Translations under genes and position numbers: made by a program | Part shown: piece by piece, positions 46,898 through 56,516 of the stretch | How positions within the stretch are numbered: position 1 is the first letter of the stretch | Layout: every line of letters begins with the position of its first letter | Notes under the pieces: model-generated | What the model was told of the DNA's origin: nothing | Database searches by the model: none | The model's input: the letters and a program-made list of their open reading frames with translations, nothing else | NCBI GenBank assembly: GCA_964587105.1 | Contig: CAZPKG010000005.1 | Coordinates: 132,540-196,539, forward strand | DNA length: 64,000 bases | Direction: 5' to 3' | Origin: an uncultured Alphaproteobacteria bacterium | GTDB taxonomy: Bacteria; Electryoneota; RPQS01

Positions 46898-48151
46898 ATG
46901 ACGTTGCGCATCTTCGTAACTTTGTTGTTGTTGTCCGCTTGCTCATTTGCGCAAGCACCGCAGCCTGACAACGGCGCAGGCACTCGCCCCGGCGCATTCT
47001 CGCCACGCTCTTTAAGCCTCGGTCACACTTATCTCACGAATCAATTGGGTTCGGCATCATTGATGGGCAATCCAGCCACGCTCGCTGACCAGACAAGCCC
47101 GTGGGATCTCGGATTGAACGCAGACGTGGCGCGCATCAAGGAGACACGCTCATACCCGTTCTATGACGCCTTCGACGGAGTGCTGGGGTATAACAACTAT
47201 GCGCTAAATGATCACGTCTATTCCAAACTTGACGGCGGCGCGGCCTATCGTCTCAAGCAGGATAAACTCGAATCAATGGTCTTTTCTGTCGGAACGTATT
47301 CGGCTTATCAATTCGGCTACACGTATCACGAAGAAGTGCGCAATCGTTTCACTTCAGGTGGTGTGCAGGATTTGATTTTGGGACAAAACGTGCTCGAAGT
47401 TGAAGGCGACTTGCGCGCCTATTCGCTTGGCGCCGCAGCGGCTGAGGGTAAGCTGGCGATGGGTTTCAGTCTCTCCTTTTTGAGCGGAGATTGGGGCTAC
47501 GTCAACGGAGTCTATTTTGCAAGCCCTGACTCGCTCGATTTAGTCAACCGCGTGGATTACACGCCCGACGGCACTCCTGCTGAATTGAATTTCGGTGGAA
47601 CTTACGACGTCAACGATCGCATTCGCGTGGGCGCCCGCGCACTCTTCCCGACGGGAGAATTGAAGTACAAGTTTACGAGCAATCAATCCGTTGGCGACAC
47701 GACCACAAGATTTGAAGGAACGTCTTCTGTAAAATATCCGTCGCATCTTGCAGTAGGTTTGCAATATCGTCCGCAAAATGAATTCCGCCCGCAAGTCTAT
47801 CTTGAAACGGAAATGCACACGTTCAGTGAAGTCAGCGATGAGTTGAACGACGTGCTTGAGTTCCGCGCCGGCGCCGAACAACAGATTGTTCCGGGCACTC
47901 CGGCGCGCTTCGGGTTGGTCTATTCAACATCACCGACCGACAAAGACCGCGCCTCCGCATTGTTCACAGCGGGCGTCGGCTTCATTCTGCGGAACATGCG
48001 CGCCGACTTCGGACTCGAGTTTGGTGAAATGAATTATGCCGCCGACGATCTCTTCCCACAGTCGCTTTACGGCGAAACGAATCGTGAAGATCGCGACCGC
48101 GTCGAAACGGCGGTATTTCGCGGCATGATTTCACTCGGCTGGGAACTATAG
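46898..48151 (+). CDS. Outer-membrane beta-barrel protein with FadL/PorV-like N-terminal motif
   Basis: Signal peptide. ..LGSASLMGNPATLA.. resembles the NPAGL box. Amphipathic beta-strand periodicity. Ends LGWEL. Confidence 0.4.
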   Translation: MTLRIFVTLLLLSACSFAQAPQPDNGAGTRPGAFSPRSLSLGHTYLTNQLGSASLMGNPATLADQTSPWDLGLNADVARIKETRSYPFYDAFDGVLGYNNYALNDHVYSKLDGGAAYRLKQDKLESMVFSVGTYSAYQFGYTYHEEVRNRFTSGGVQDLILGQNVLEVEGDLRAYSLGAAAAEGKLAMGFSLSFLSGDWGYVNGVYFASPDSLDLVNRVDYTPDGTPAELNFGGTYDVNDRIRVGARALFPTGELKYKFTSNQSVGDTTTRFEGTSSVKYPSHLAVGLQYRPQNEFRPQVYLETEMHTFSEVSDELNDVLEFRAGAEQQIVPGTPARFGLVYSTSPTDKDRASALFTAGVGFILRNMRADFGLEFGEMNYAADDLFPQSLYGETNREDRDRVETAVFRGMISLGWEL

Positions 48152-48156
48152 ACAAA

Positions 48157-48948
48157 GTGGAACCGCTGGTTACGATCGGGCTTCCAATCTACAATGCGGA
48201 AGCGTATTTGGCTGAGTGTATTGAATCAATCAAGGCGCAGACGCTGAGAGAATTCGTTGTCTTGGCAGTATTAGATGGCCCAACAGACGACTCGGCAAGT
48301 GTCTTGCGAAAGCATGCCGATTCTCGGTTTCAGATAATCGAGAACATGGAGAACCTCGGGGTCGCAAAAACGAGTGACCTCATTTTGCATCATTGTCAGA
48401 CTGAATTGATTGCTAACATGGATTCTGATGATGTAATGGTACATGATCGAATTGAAAAGCAGTACGGCTATATGCAGGCACACCCAAGTATTGACATGCT
48501 TGGCACATACTTCGACAAAATTGATAGGTCAGGTAGTAGGATCGAGTTACCCTACCGTTTCGGCGTAACGCCTGAAGAGATTCGTGAAGAATTTCGTCTA
48601 TATCCGGCACTTCACAAACCTACTCTGATGTGCCGTACCGAAAGAATTAGACAATTGGGTGGCTATCAAAGCAAGTACTCTGAAGATTCAGTAATGTGGC
48701 TCAAAGGTCTTGCAAACAACTATCAATACGCCAATCTACCCGAATGTCTGCATCACTATCGAATCCATTCTTCCTCCATTATGGTCCGCTTGCGCGAGCC
48801 CTCGCTCAAAGCATTGGACGACGCTTACGCCGAGTTCGGGCCGCAGATTTGGGGTGCCCGCGCTCCTGATTATGTTTCCGGCGCAACTCGGATGGAGCGT
48901 CTGAAACGCCGTCTAAAACGAAATCTCACTTCTTTCTTTTCCAAATGA
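48157..48948 (+). CDS. Glycosyltransferase family 2
   Basis: VTIGLPIYNAEAYLAECIESI N-terminus. DxD-like NMDSDD. Confidence 0.8.
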   Translation: MEPLVTIGLPIYNAEAYLAECIESIKAQTLREFVVLAVLDGPTDDSASVLRKHADSRFQIIENMENLGVAKTSDLILHHCQTELIANMDSDDVMVHDRIEKQYGYMQAHPSIDMLGTYFDKIDRSGSRIELPYRFGVTPEEIREEFRLYPALHKPTLMCRTERIRQLGGYQSKYSEDSVMWLKGLANNYQYANLPECLHHYRIHSSSIMVRLREPSLKALDDAYAEFGPQIWGARAPDYVSGATRMERLKRRLKRNLTSFFSK

Positions 48949-50564
48949 AACATGTTCTCATTCTCATATCGCTCTTAATGAGTTCCGCTCTGTTTGCGTC
49001 TGCACCGGAAACCTACTCCATCGTGATTTGTCACACCAATGACGTGCATGGCGGCGTGGACTCTTCTCAAGCGACGTTCATGAATCCGGAATTTCCACCG
49101 GAGTTAGGCGGCGGCGCCTCGCTTTCAACGCTTGTGACACGGTTGCGGAAATATGCAGTGGACAACGGCAAAGGGTTCTTGCTGCTGGACACTGGAGATA
49201 TTTTTCAAGGCACGCTTGTTGGCACGAAGAGCGAAGGCGAGGCCGTTGTTCGCTATATGAATGAAGTGAACTACGACGCGTGGGTATTGGGCAATCATGA
49301 ATTTGATCTTGGACGACAGATAACTGAACGATTGATGAAACAGGCGACGTTTCCAGTTTTGTCAGCCAACACGTACGACATCAAAAATGGCGACACGACT
49401 CATTTTGCTGGAACGTATATCATCAAACAACTTGGGCCGCTAAAAGTTGGCGTGGTCGGCATTACGACAACCGGAACCGAGCGCGCAAGTTTTGCGGACA
49501 ATGTGCGCGATTTATACTTCGCGCCGGAAACTTCCACGCTTGCGATGTATCGCGATAGCTTGCGTGCGATGGGCTGCAATGTTGTTGTTGCCGCTTGTCA
49601 TTTGGGACTGCCATTCGACCGTTGGGATGCTTGGGACGACCTTGAACGCCACGAGCAGGAAGGCTGGAAATCGGATTATGTGCGCAATGCGTTTGAGCTT
49701 GCCCGCCGCGTCTCGGGGATTGATATTTTGTACGCGGGCGATATTCACGTCGGCTATGTCGAGCCGTGGGTTGATCCGGTGACACATACGCCGTGCTTTC
49801 AGGGTTACGGTCGCGGCACGAATTTGATGGCGGTCGAGTTTGAGTTTGACGTGGCGACAGGACAACTACTCGGATGGAAGAATTTCTCCGACGAGAGCAC
49901 GTTGATTACATTGTTCTCGGATCAGTTTCCGCGTGATCGAAAGGTTGCTGAAACGATTGACACCGTCGTCGCGCGAGTGGAAGTTGGATTTAATGAAGTC
50001 ATCGGCGAGGCCGAGCAGCCGATTACTCGTATCGGTGAGGCTGAATCTGCTTTAGGAAATCTCGTCTGCGATGCAATGCTCTGGCGACTCAAAGGAGATA
50101 TTTCGATCACCAACAAGGGTGGTGTTCGAACGGACCTGCCGGGTGGGAATCTGACACCGCAGGACGTGTTCAACGTTTTGCCCTTTGACAATACGCTCGG
50201 ATCTGTTGAAGTCAGTGGAACCTTTGTCAAAGAGATGATCGAAGACAAAGTTGCTTACGGTGGGAGCGGCTTGTACGTCGGCGGAATGCGTGTGAAAGTG
50301 GATCGTACGCGCGAAAAAGGCGACCGAGTGGTTCTATTGGAGATCGGCGGGAAGCCCGTTGAAGCCGATAAGACCTATCGCTTGGTGACGACGGACTATT
50401 TGTTGGAAGGCAATTCGGGAATGGAGAAACTCTCAGCCTTACGCAGTCAGGCTGCCGTTGAGTCGGGCGTCTTCATGCGCGAAGCGATTATCGAGTACAT
50501 CAAGTCACACACACCGCTGCATCCGAAGTTGGATGGCAGATGGCAGTTTGTTGACAGAAGCTAA
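48945..50564 (+). CDS. Bifunctional metallophosphatase / 5'-nucleotidase (UshA-like)
   Basis: Signal peptide. Calcineurin-like motifs (HTNDVHGG, DTGDIFQG, GNHEFD). 5'-nucleotidase C-terminal domain. Confidence 0.8.
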   Translation: MKHVLILISLLMSSALFASAPETYSIVICHTNDVHGGVDSSQATFMNPEFPPELGGGASLSTLVTRLRKYAVDNGKGFLLLDTGDIFQGTLVGTKSEGEAVVRYMNEVNYDAWVLGNHEFDLGRQITERLMKQATFPVLSANTYDIKNGDTTHFAGTYIIKQLGPLKVGVVGITTTGTERASFADNVRDLYFAPETSTLAMYRDSLRAMGCNVVVAACHLGLPFDRWDAWDDLERHEQEGWKSDYVRNAFELARRVSGIDILYAGDIHVGYVEPWVDPVTHTPCFQGYGRGTNLMAVEFEFDVATGQLLGWKNFSDESTLITLFSDQFPRDRKVAETIDTVVARVEVGFNEVIGEAEQPITRIGEAESALGNLVCDAMLWRLKGDISITNKGGVRTDLPGGNLTPQDVFNVLPFDNTLGSVEVSGTFVKEMIEDKVAYGGSGLYVGGMRVKVDRTREKGDRVVLLEIGGKPVEADKTYRLVTTDYLLEGNSGMEKLSALRSQAAVESGVFMREAIIEYIKSHTPLHPKLDGRWQFVDRS

Positions 50565-50604
50565 TTTACATTTCTTTTCAGAAGATAAATCAGGAGACGG
50601 TAAG

Positions 50605-52107
50605 ATGCGATTGAAAGCAATTTTATTGCTGTGCTTGTTAGCCCCGATGGCATTCGGGCAGGTTATGCTGAACGAAGTGCTGTATGACAATCAGGGTACA
50701 GATGATCCGGGGATTCTTTACACAGAAATTTACGGCCCAGCGGGAACGAGTCTCGCGGGCTGGTCAATTGTCGGCATTAACGGCAACGGCGGCGCAGTTT
50801 ATCTTACGGTTAACTTAACCGGCACGATTCCTGATGACGGTTATTACGTTGTCGGCGGTGCGAATGTGCCGAACGTGGATCAAGTTTCTCCGCACGACTG
50901 GCAGAACGCCGGCAGCGCAGATGCTGTTTCGTGCGACGGACTTGACTTGCGGAACAGTCAGGGACAAACGGTCGATCACCTTTGTTACGGTCAGTGCGAC
51001 GCAGACGACAATTGCACCGGCGAAGGCGGCACGAATGCTCCCGATCCGTTCCCGTCACAGGGCGTGAACTATCCAGTTGCTCGTATTCCTGATCATACTG
51101 ACACTGACAACAACGGAAATGATTGGGCGAGCGCAGATTCGCAATCACCCGGCGCGCCGAACAGCGGTGAGCCGTGCGATCCGTTGAATGTTGTATTGGA
51201 AGAGATTCGTGAAAACGATGACATGGGAGTTCCCGCTCTGCTTGGAACGTTTGTCGTTGTGCGCGGAATCGTGAACGTAAATAACTACACACTTGACAGT
51301 TTGACTGAGTCAAATTTCTTCATTCAAGATGACAACGCGGGTGTCAATGTATTTCGGGGAACGGTTCCGGCAGGAATCGCGGAAGGCGATTGCGTTGAAG
51401 TATCTGGCTGGGTTGGTCAGTTTAACGGCTTGACTGAAATCGTGACTTCAGGAGCGGGCAACTGTACGTTTGGAGTTGAAATGCTGGAAGGCCCCGGACC
51501 TTTGTCTCCGCTCGTATTGACCGGCGCATCCTTCCTCGAAGCATTCGAAGGCATGTTGGTTGAAATTCGCAATGTCACCATCGTAGGCGGCGACCCGTGG
51601 CCTTCGGGTGCAGGGCAAAACGCGAATGTGAATGTCACCGATGGAAATGGAACGCTGACGATTCGCTTCGACGGTGATTCACAAGCGGGAACTGCGCCAC
51701 AACCGTCGGGCGCTTTCACGGTGCGCGGTATCGTGACGCAATTTGACAACAGCTCGCCCTATGAAGACGGATATCAAATCACCTTGCGTTATCCGACGGA
51801 CGTGATTGCGGGTTCAGCGGTGGGTGATGAGCCGATTGCAGTGGCTGAGAGTTTCACACTTGTGAACAGCTATCCGAATCCGTTCAACGGGATTGCAAAT
51901 ATCGAGTTCTCGGTCGGCAGCGCGCATGAAATCAACGTGACCATCACTGACGTGCTGGGCCGCGAAGTGTTCACGAATAATTTGACGAATCTCGCTCCGG
52001 GCACGCATCGTATGCAGTGGTCACCTGAAGGCGCGGCGGGATTGTATTTCGTGCGCGCGACATCCGGTGCGACGGTCCAGTCCACAAAGCTGTTGTATCT
52101 GAAATAG
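50605..52107 (+). CDS. Lamin-tail-domain protein with T9SS C-terminal sorting domain
   Basis: Signal peptide MRLKAILLLCLLAPMAFGQ. LTD motif VMLNEVLYDN...EIYGPAGTSLAGWSIVG. C-terminal YPNPFNGIANIEFSV...STKLLYLK. Confidence 0.7.
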   Translation: MRLKAILLLCLLAPMAFGQVMLNEVLYDNQGTDDPGILYTEIYGPAGTSLAGWSIVGINGNGGAVYLTVNLTGTIPDDGYYVVGGANVPNVDQVSPHDWQNAGSADAVSCDGLDLRNSQGQTVDHLCYGQCDADDNCTGEGGTNAPDPFPSQGVNYPVARIPDHTDTDNNGNDWASADSQSPGAPNSGEPCDPLNVVLEEIRENDDMGVPALLGTFVVVRGIVNVNNYTLDSLTESNFFIQDDNAGVNVFRGTVPAGIAEGDCVEVSGWVGQFNGLTEIVTSGAGNCTFGVEMLEGPGPLSPLVLTGASFLEAFEGMLVEIRNVTIVGGDPWPSGAGQNANVNVTDGNGTLTIRFDGDSQAGTAPQPSGAFTVRGIVTQFDNSSPYEDGYQITLRYPTDVIAGSAVGDEPIAVAESFTLVNSYPNPFNGIANIEFSVGSAHEINVTITDVLGREVFTNNLTNLAPGTHRMQWSPEGAAGLYFVRATSGATVQSTKLLYLK

Positions 52108-52113
52108 TTTGAC

Positions 52114-52140
52114 TGGGGCACCCGCAGTGAGTGCCGCCGG
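52114..52140. repeat. Small GC-rich palindrome, copy 2 of 2
   Basis: GGGGCACCCGCAGTGAGTGCCGCCGG, matching 1271-1297. Confidence 0.4.
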
Positions 52141-52213
52141 GAATATGAATTGTGAACGCTGATATTCAATGGTAGCGGCTGCCATTGTGGCCATTGGATT
52201 CAGTCAAACAAAG

Positions 52214-52248
52214 AGCGGGCGACCTTATGGGCCGCCCGCTTTCATTTG
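52214..52248. terminator. Bidirectional rho-independent terminator between convergent genes
   Basis: AGCGGGCG-ACCTTATGGGC-CGCCCGCT followed by TTTCATTTG. Confidence 0.55.
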
Positions 52249-52260
52249 CATTGGTTGCGC

Positions 52261-54657
52261 TCAGTACAACTCGACGACTGTGCTGCCGTAGTCATCTTGA
52301 TTAGCGCCGCCGTCGTGCATGTGCTTGACGAGCGGATGGCGTTGCAGGAATTCACGTACACGGACTCGCAATGCGCCGGTACCTTTGCCGTGAATGATTT
52401 TTACGCTGGGGTATCGCTGTTCTGATGCCACGGCGAGATAGCGGTCAATCATCGGAACGGCCTCGTCGCCGAGTTTGCCGCGCAGGTCAAGCTCGCCCGT
52501 AATACGCTCGTCGGACATCTTGACATTGACTTTGATTTGTTCGGATTTCTTCTTCTTGACCAGCTCAGGCATGAACAGTTTTTCCGAATCAAACCACAAG
52601 CGGACGCCGTTCATCTCAACTTCAACTTGCTTGCCGCCGCGCTTCGTGTTTGTGATGACGCCATCGCCTTCCACACCGTCGACGCCAACTCGCAAACCGA
52701 CTTTGATGGCCTGCGGTCGTCTGCGCTCAGGAGTCGGCTCTTTGAGTTCTTTGGCGGTCTTGACTTTCTCGACATCGAGTTTTGAGCGCAGTTCGCGGAG
52801 TTTCTCACGCGCGGATGTGACGGCGGCTTTTTCAGCTTGTTGCTCTTTGATATCGCGAACGAGTTTTTCGATTTCGCCGCGCGAGTCTTCAATCAGCTGC
52901 TCAGCTTCAACTAAAGCTTGCTTGCGGGCTTGCGCTTTGGTGCGTTTCAGGTCTTCCGAGCGCTCTTGATAGAGCTTTGCCAATCCTTCATACTGAGTCA
53001 TCTTGAGATCGGACTCTTTGCGCAGCTTTTCATACTCTTCGATCTTGCGCGAGAGTTCGCTGACAAGCTCCTCAAGACCAAGCGCCCCCTTATCAAGAAA
53101 ATTGCGAGCGCGCGTCAAGACGCGTTCAGGAAATCCGACACGCTGGGCAATTTCAAGGGCGTAACTTGATCCGGGCAGGCCTTCCCGAAAATGGTATGTC
53201 GGCACAAGACTTTCTTCATCAAACGCCATCGAGCCGTTGACCAAGCCTTCGGTTTCGTGGGCGAAAGCTTTGAGAGCGCCATGATGAGTTGTCACGATGC
53301 TCACGGCATTTTGCAAAGTCCACTCAAGCAGCGTCGCCTGCGCAAGCGCGGCTCCGATGGCAGGATCAGTTGACGACCCGATTTCATCGACGAGCAGCAG
53401 CTTGTTGCGTGCGGGTTCTTCGGTCATTTTTCGTAGCCGCGCAACGTGCCCCGTGAAGGTTGACAGATCTCCTTCGAGCGATTGCGCGTCGCCGATATCG
53501 GCCCAGATGCTCTCGAAGTGCGGGAGTTGACTTCCTGATGACGCTGGAATAAATAACCCTGCGCCGGCCATTAGACTCAATAGTCCAACGGTTTTCAACG
53601 CAACGGTTTTGCCGCCTGCGTTCGGGCCGGAAATTACCACACTGCGAACGGGAGGAACCACTTCAATCGTGAGCGGAACGACCGTTTGCAGTTTGCGCTC
53701 GCGGACGCGTTCGAGCAATAATGGATGCTTGGCGCGCCATAACCGAATGACACCGGAATCGTTTAGCTCCGGCGCAGATGCTTCCCAACGTAATGCCAAT
53801 CGTGCGCGCGCATAGAGTTCATCAAACTCGGCCATAATCTCAAGCGAGAGTACGATCTCTTCAAGATGCTCATGCACGAGAGCCGTAAGCTTCAACATGA
53901 TACGGTGAATCTCGCGCTTCTCTTCGAGTTCAAGTTGGCGGAGTTTATTCGAGATCGGCAGCGTTTCCACAGGTTCAAGAAAAACCGTTGCGCCGGAAGC
54001 GCTCGTGTCCACCATCACGCCCTGGACTTTGTGTTTGGCGTCATCGCGCACGGGCAAGACGAGTTTTCCGTCGCGAAAGTTCACGACACTATCCTGCAAG
54101 AAGCCCTGGTCGGCCCATTTTTGCATAATGGAACCCAAGCGATCTTCGAGATGCTTGCTCTCTTTTCTGCGGTCGTGACGCAAACGCTTCAGTTCGGGCG
54201 AAGCGTCGTCAAAGAGTTCTCCGTCTTGATCAATGGCGGACTCGATGGCTTTGGCGATTTTTCCGTGATCCCACAAGCGGTTGGCGAGCCCGGCAAGCTC
54301 CGGCAAATACTCACCGCGAGTGTGCAGTTGTGTGCGGATGCGGTTGTAGCAGGAAATCGTCTCGGCAATTTTGCGCAGCTCGAACGGATCGAGGCTCGCA
54401 CCCTCGATGCTTGCGCGGGACAACGATTCGCGCGTGTCGGCCAGTCCATCAATAGGTAAACCGCCATCGGTCTCGGTCAACACACGCACCATCTCTTGCG
54501 TGCGAATCAAAAGCAATTCCGCGCGGTTTTTCGAGACGGGAACTTCGAGTGCTAAAAGCCGCTCCGCCCCCAAGGGCGAAGCGGCCAATTCTGCGGCAAT
54601 ATTAATCACGCGCTCCCATTCGAGCGCGTGCAGTGTTTCTTCTCCAATCATACCCAA
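52261..54657 (-). CDS. mutS2: Endonuclease MutS2
   Basis: MutS domain III/ATPase (ISGPNAGGKTVALKTVG). C-terminal Smr domain (..IIHGKGTGALRVRVREFL..). Confidence 0.9.
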   Translation of the reverse strand: MGMIGEETLHALEWERVINIAAELAASPLGAERLLALEVPVSKNRAELLLIRTQEMVRVLTETDGGLPIDGLADTRESLSRASIEGASLDPFELRKIAETISCYNRIRTQLHTRGEYLPELAGLANRLWDHGKIAKAIESAIDQDGELFDDASPELKRLRHDRRKESKHLEDRLGSIMQKWADQGFLQDSVVNFRDGKLVLPVRDDAKHKVQGVMVDTSASGATVFLEPVETLPISNKLRQLELEEKREIHRIMLKLTALVHEHLEEIVLSLEIMAEFDELYARARLALRWEASAPELNDSGVIRLWRAKHPLLLERVRERKLQTVVPLTIEVVPPVRSVVISGPNAGGKTVALKTVGLLSLMAGAGLFIPASSGSQLPHFESIWADIGDAQSLEGDLSTFTGHVARLRKMTEEPARNKLLLVDEIGSSTDPAIGAALAQATLLEWTLQNAVSIVTTHHGALKAFAHETEGLVNGSMAFDEESLVPTYHFREGLPGSSYALEIAQRVGFPERVLTRARNFLDKGALGLEELVSELSRKIEEYEKLRKESDLKMTQYEGLAKLYQERSEDLKRTKAQARKQALVEAEQLIEDSRGEIEKLVRDIKEQQAEKAAVTSAREKLRELRSKLDVEKVKTAKELKEPTPERRRPQAIKVGLRVGVDGVEGDGVITNTKRGGKQVEVEMNGVRLWFDSEKLFMPELVKKKKSEQIKVNVKMSDERITGELDLRGKLGDEAVPMIDRYLAVASEQRYPSVKIIHGKGTGALRVRVREFLQRHPLVKHMHDGGANQDDYGSTVVELY

Positions 54658-55145
54658 TTACGTTTTTCCCAATTCTCCCAGTGCGTGATGTCGTATGCTA
54701 CTTTCTTGCCGACCCGAATCAATTTTGATTTGTTCATGAACTCGCTCATGTGCCCGCTCGCATCGGCCCATTGAATCACGAGCACAAGCGCTGCCAGCAG
54801 AAAAATTCCTTTCGCGGTTCCGCCGAACAAACCGAGTATTCGATCCGGCCATTTCAGTTTTGTTCCGTCAATCCACGTGTGCAATCGATGACCAAAATAG
54901 GCAAACACAAGATAGATGAGCAGGAAGAACAACAGAAACACCAGTCCCGACGCCCACCGCAATTCCCAACCCGGATCGGCAAAGCGGCCCGCAAGTTCCT
55001 GCAACTGATCGCGGAATAACAGCGTCATGAGCAAGCTTGCCGCAAGTCCGATGGTAATCATCAGCTCGAACAAAAAGCCGCGCCGGATTCCGCCAATGCC
55101 GAAACCGATGAGCAGGAAGATGATTAGGATATCTAAGATGTGCAT
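54648..55145 (-). CDS. cvpA: CvpA-family membrane protein
   Basis: MHILDILIIFLLIGFGIGGIRRGF N-terminus typical of CvpA. Four TM helices. Confidence 0.8.
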   Translation of the reverse strand: MHILDILIIFLLIGFGIGGIRRGFLFELMITIGLAASLLMTLLFRDQLQELAGRFADPGWELRWASGLVFLLFFLLIYLVFAYFGHRLHTWIDGTKLKWPDRILGLFGGTAKGIFLLAALVLVIQWADASGHMSEFMNKSKLIRVGKKVAYDITHWENWEKRNWV

Positions 55146-55154
55146 GTTCGAGAA

Positions 55155-55904
55155 TTATTCCGGCACTTGACCAAATCCAAGTAGTTTTTCCATTCGGCTG
55201 AACACGTATGAAAAGCCTTGCACCTTCGGGCTTTTGTTGCCTTCGATGGTGTAAAGAAATCCGTCTTTGACGGAATGAACAAGTCCAACGTGCCCTTGCC
55301 AACCGTCTGCTCTGACACGCCACCAAACAACGACGTCGCCGGGCTCAGGCGAGTAGCCGCTTTGTGGTTCGTGAGCCCAACCTCGGCTTTTGAATTGCTT
55401 AAGAATATCGCGGGCGCCGAGTGAGTAGTTGAAGGGACAGCCGCCGGAGTTTTGATCATAACACCAACTTGTAAAAGCGGCGCACCAACTTGATCCTTCT
55501 GGGCCGAATCCGTTCAAGTATTTCCGAACCCATTTACCTTTGTTGTTCCCGCCTTCTTCACCGGCACCGGCTTTTAGTTCGCCGATTGCAATTTTGAGCG
55601 CGGCTCGTCCGAACGCACTTCCGCCTAATGCAGCAGGCGGCATTTTGGTGAAGTCAACTGCGCTGACGGGTTCAATGAGCGGTTTACGATGTGTCAGACT
55701 CCACCATGTCAAAGGACCGACTTTTCCATCCACCACGAGCGGTTGGCCAAGTTGATCGAGATTCTGGGATTGGAATGCTCTGACTGCATTCTTGGTTTTT
55801 GTCCCGAAATCGCCATCAACTTCGACAGGATAACCGCGTTCATTCAACAATCGTTGCAGTTCGCGGACTTCTGCGCCGCGCGATCCAATGGTAAGTTGGG
55901 ACAT
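55155..55904 (-). CDS. Peptidoglycan-binding domain plus CHAP-domain hydrolase
   Basis: PG_binding_1 (GSRGAEVRELQRLLNERGY...DGDFG). CHAP Cys/His (GSSWCAAFTSWCY; GDVVVWW...GHVGLV). Confidence 0.7.
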   Translation of the reverse strand: MSQLTIGSRGAEVRELQRLLNERGYPVEVDGDFGTKTKNAVRAFQSQNLDQLGQPLVVDGKVGPLTWWSLTHRKPLIEPVSAVDFTKMPPAALGGSAFGRAALKIAIGELKAGAGEEGGNNKGKWVRKYLNGFGPEGSSWCAAFTSWCYDQNSGGCPFNYSLGARDILKQFKSRGWAHEPQSGYSPEPGDVVVWWRVRADGWQGHVGLVHSVKDGFLYTIEGNKSPKVQGFSYVFSRMEKLLGFGQVPE

Positions 55905-56045
55905 TGGTTACTCTCCCCTGAAAGACAGAATTGTCGCGTTGCTCTATGGCAGTAAGATACCCAAGCGCGAGCAATCGTGCAATACATTTACAAAAAAATC
56001 GCCCGAGCAGGAAGCTGTCGGGCGATTATGGAATGCGTTCAGAAC

Positions 56046-56246
56046 TTAGCGGTTACGCAGAATTCGGTTGATTTTACGAATCTTACGTTCGGTCTGGCTG
56101 CGTTCGCGCTTGGCCGTTTCACACGGTTTTTCGTAGAATTGGCGGCGGCGGACTTCGGAGAGGATTCCGGACTTTTCACAGGCCTTCTGAAAGCGGCGCA
56201 CAAGACGCTCCATGGGTTCACCCTCACGGGCTTTGACGAATGGCAT
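56046..56246 (-). CDS. rpsU: 30S ribosomal protein S21
   Basis: [41 protein letters not shown]. Confidence 0.9.
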   Translation of the reverse strand: MPFVKAREGEPMERLVRRFQKACEKSGILSEVRRRQFYEKPCETAKRERSQTERKIRKINRILRNR

Positions 56247-56516
56247 GGCTAAAAGTTCACCTCCTTCCGGACAGCGGTTAGTTCATGGTTTTGAATAGAC
56301 ACATAAGATACAATGTCCGGGCCAGAGATGCAACTCTGTAGCACTTAAGTGCAATAATGCAGAATAAATAGCAAAATTGCGCCTCTCAATTTTAGACTTG
56401 TTTATCCTAAATAAAGTAATTTCTGTAATTAAGAGTGAAACGGTCGAGAAAGCAGGTTATTGATTTCCAACCTCCTTGGCAGTATCTTGTGGGTAACCTA
56501 CGTGAGGAACACATTA

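Noticed and set aside
56306-56325. Sigma-54-like TAGCAC-N5-GTGCAA upstream of nrfA, and TGGCAG-N5-TGTGG at 56474
   Set aside because: The GG/GC dinucleotide spacing is off by one, or the conserved GC is missing. These are not credible -24/-12 elements.
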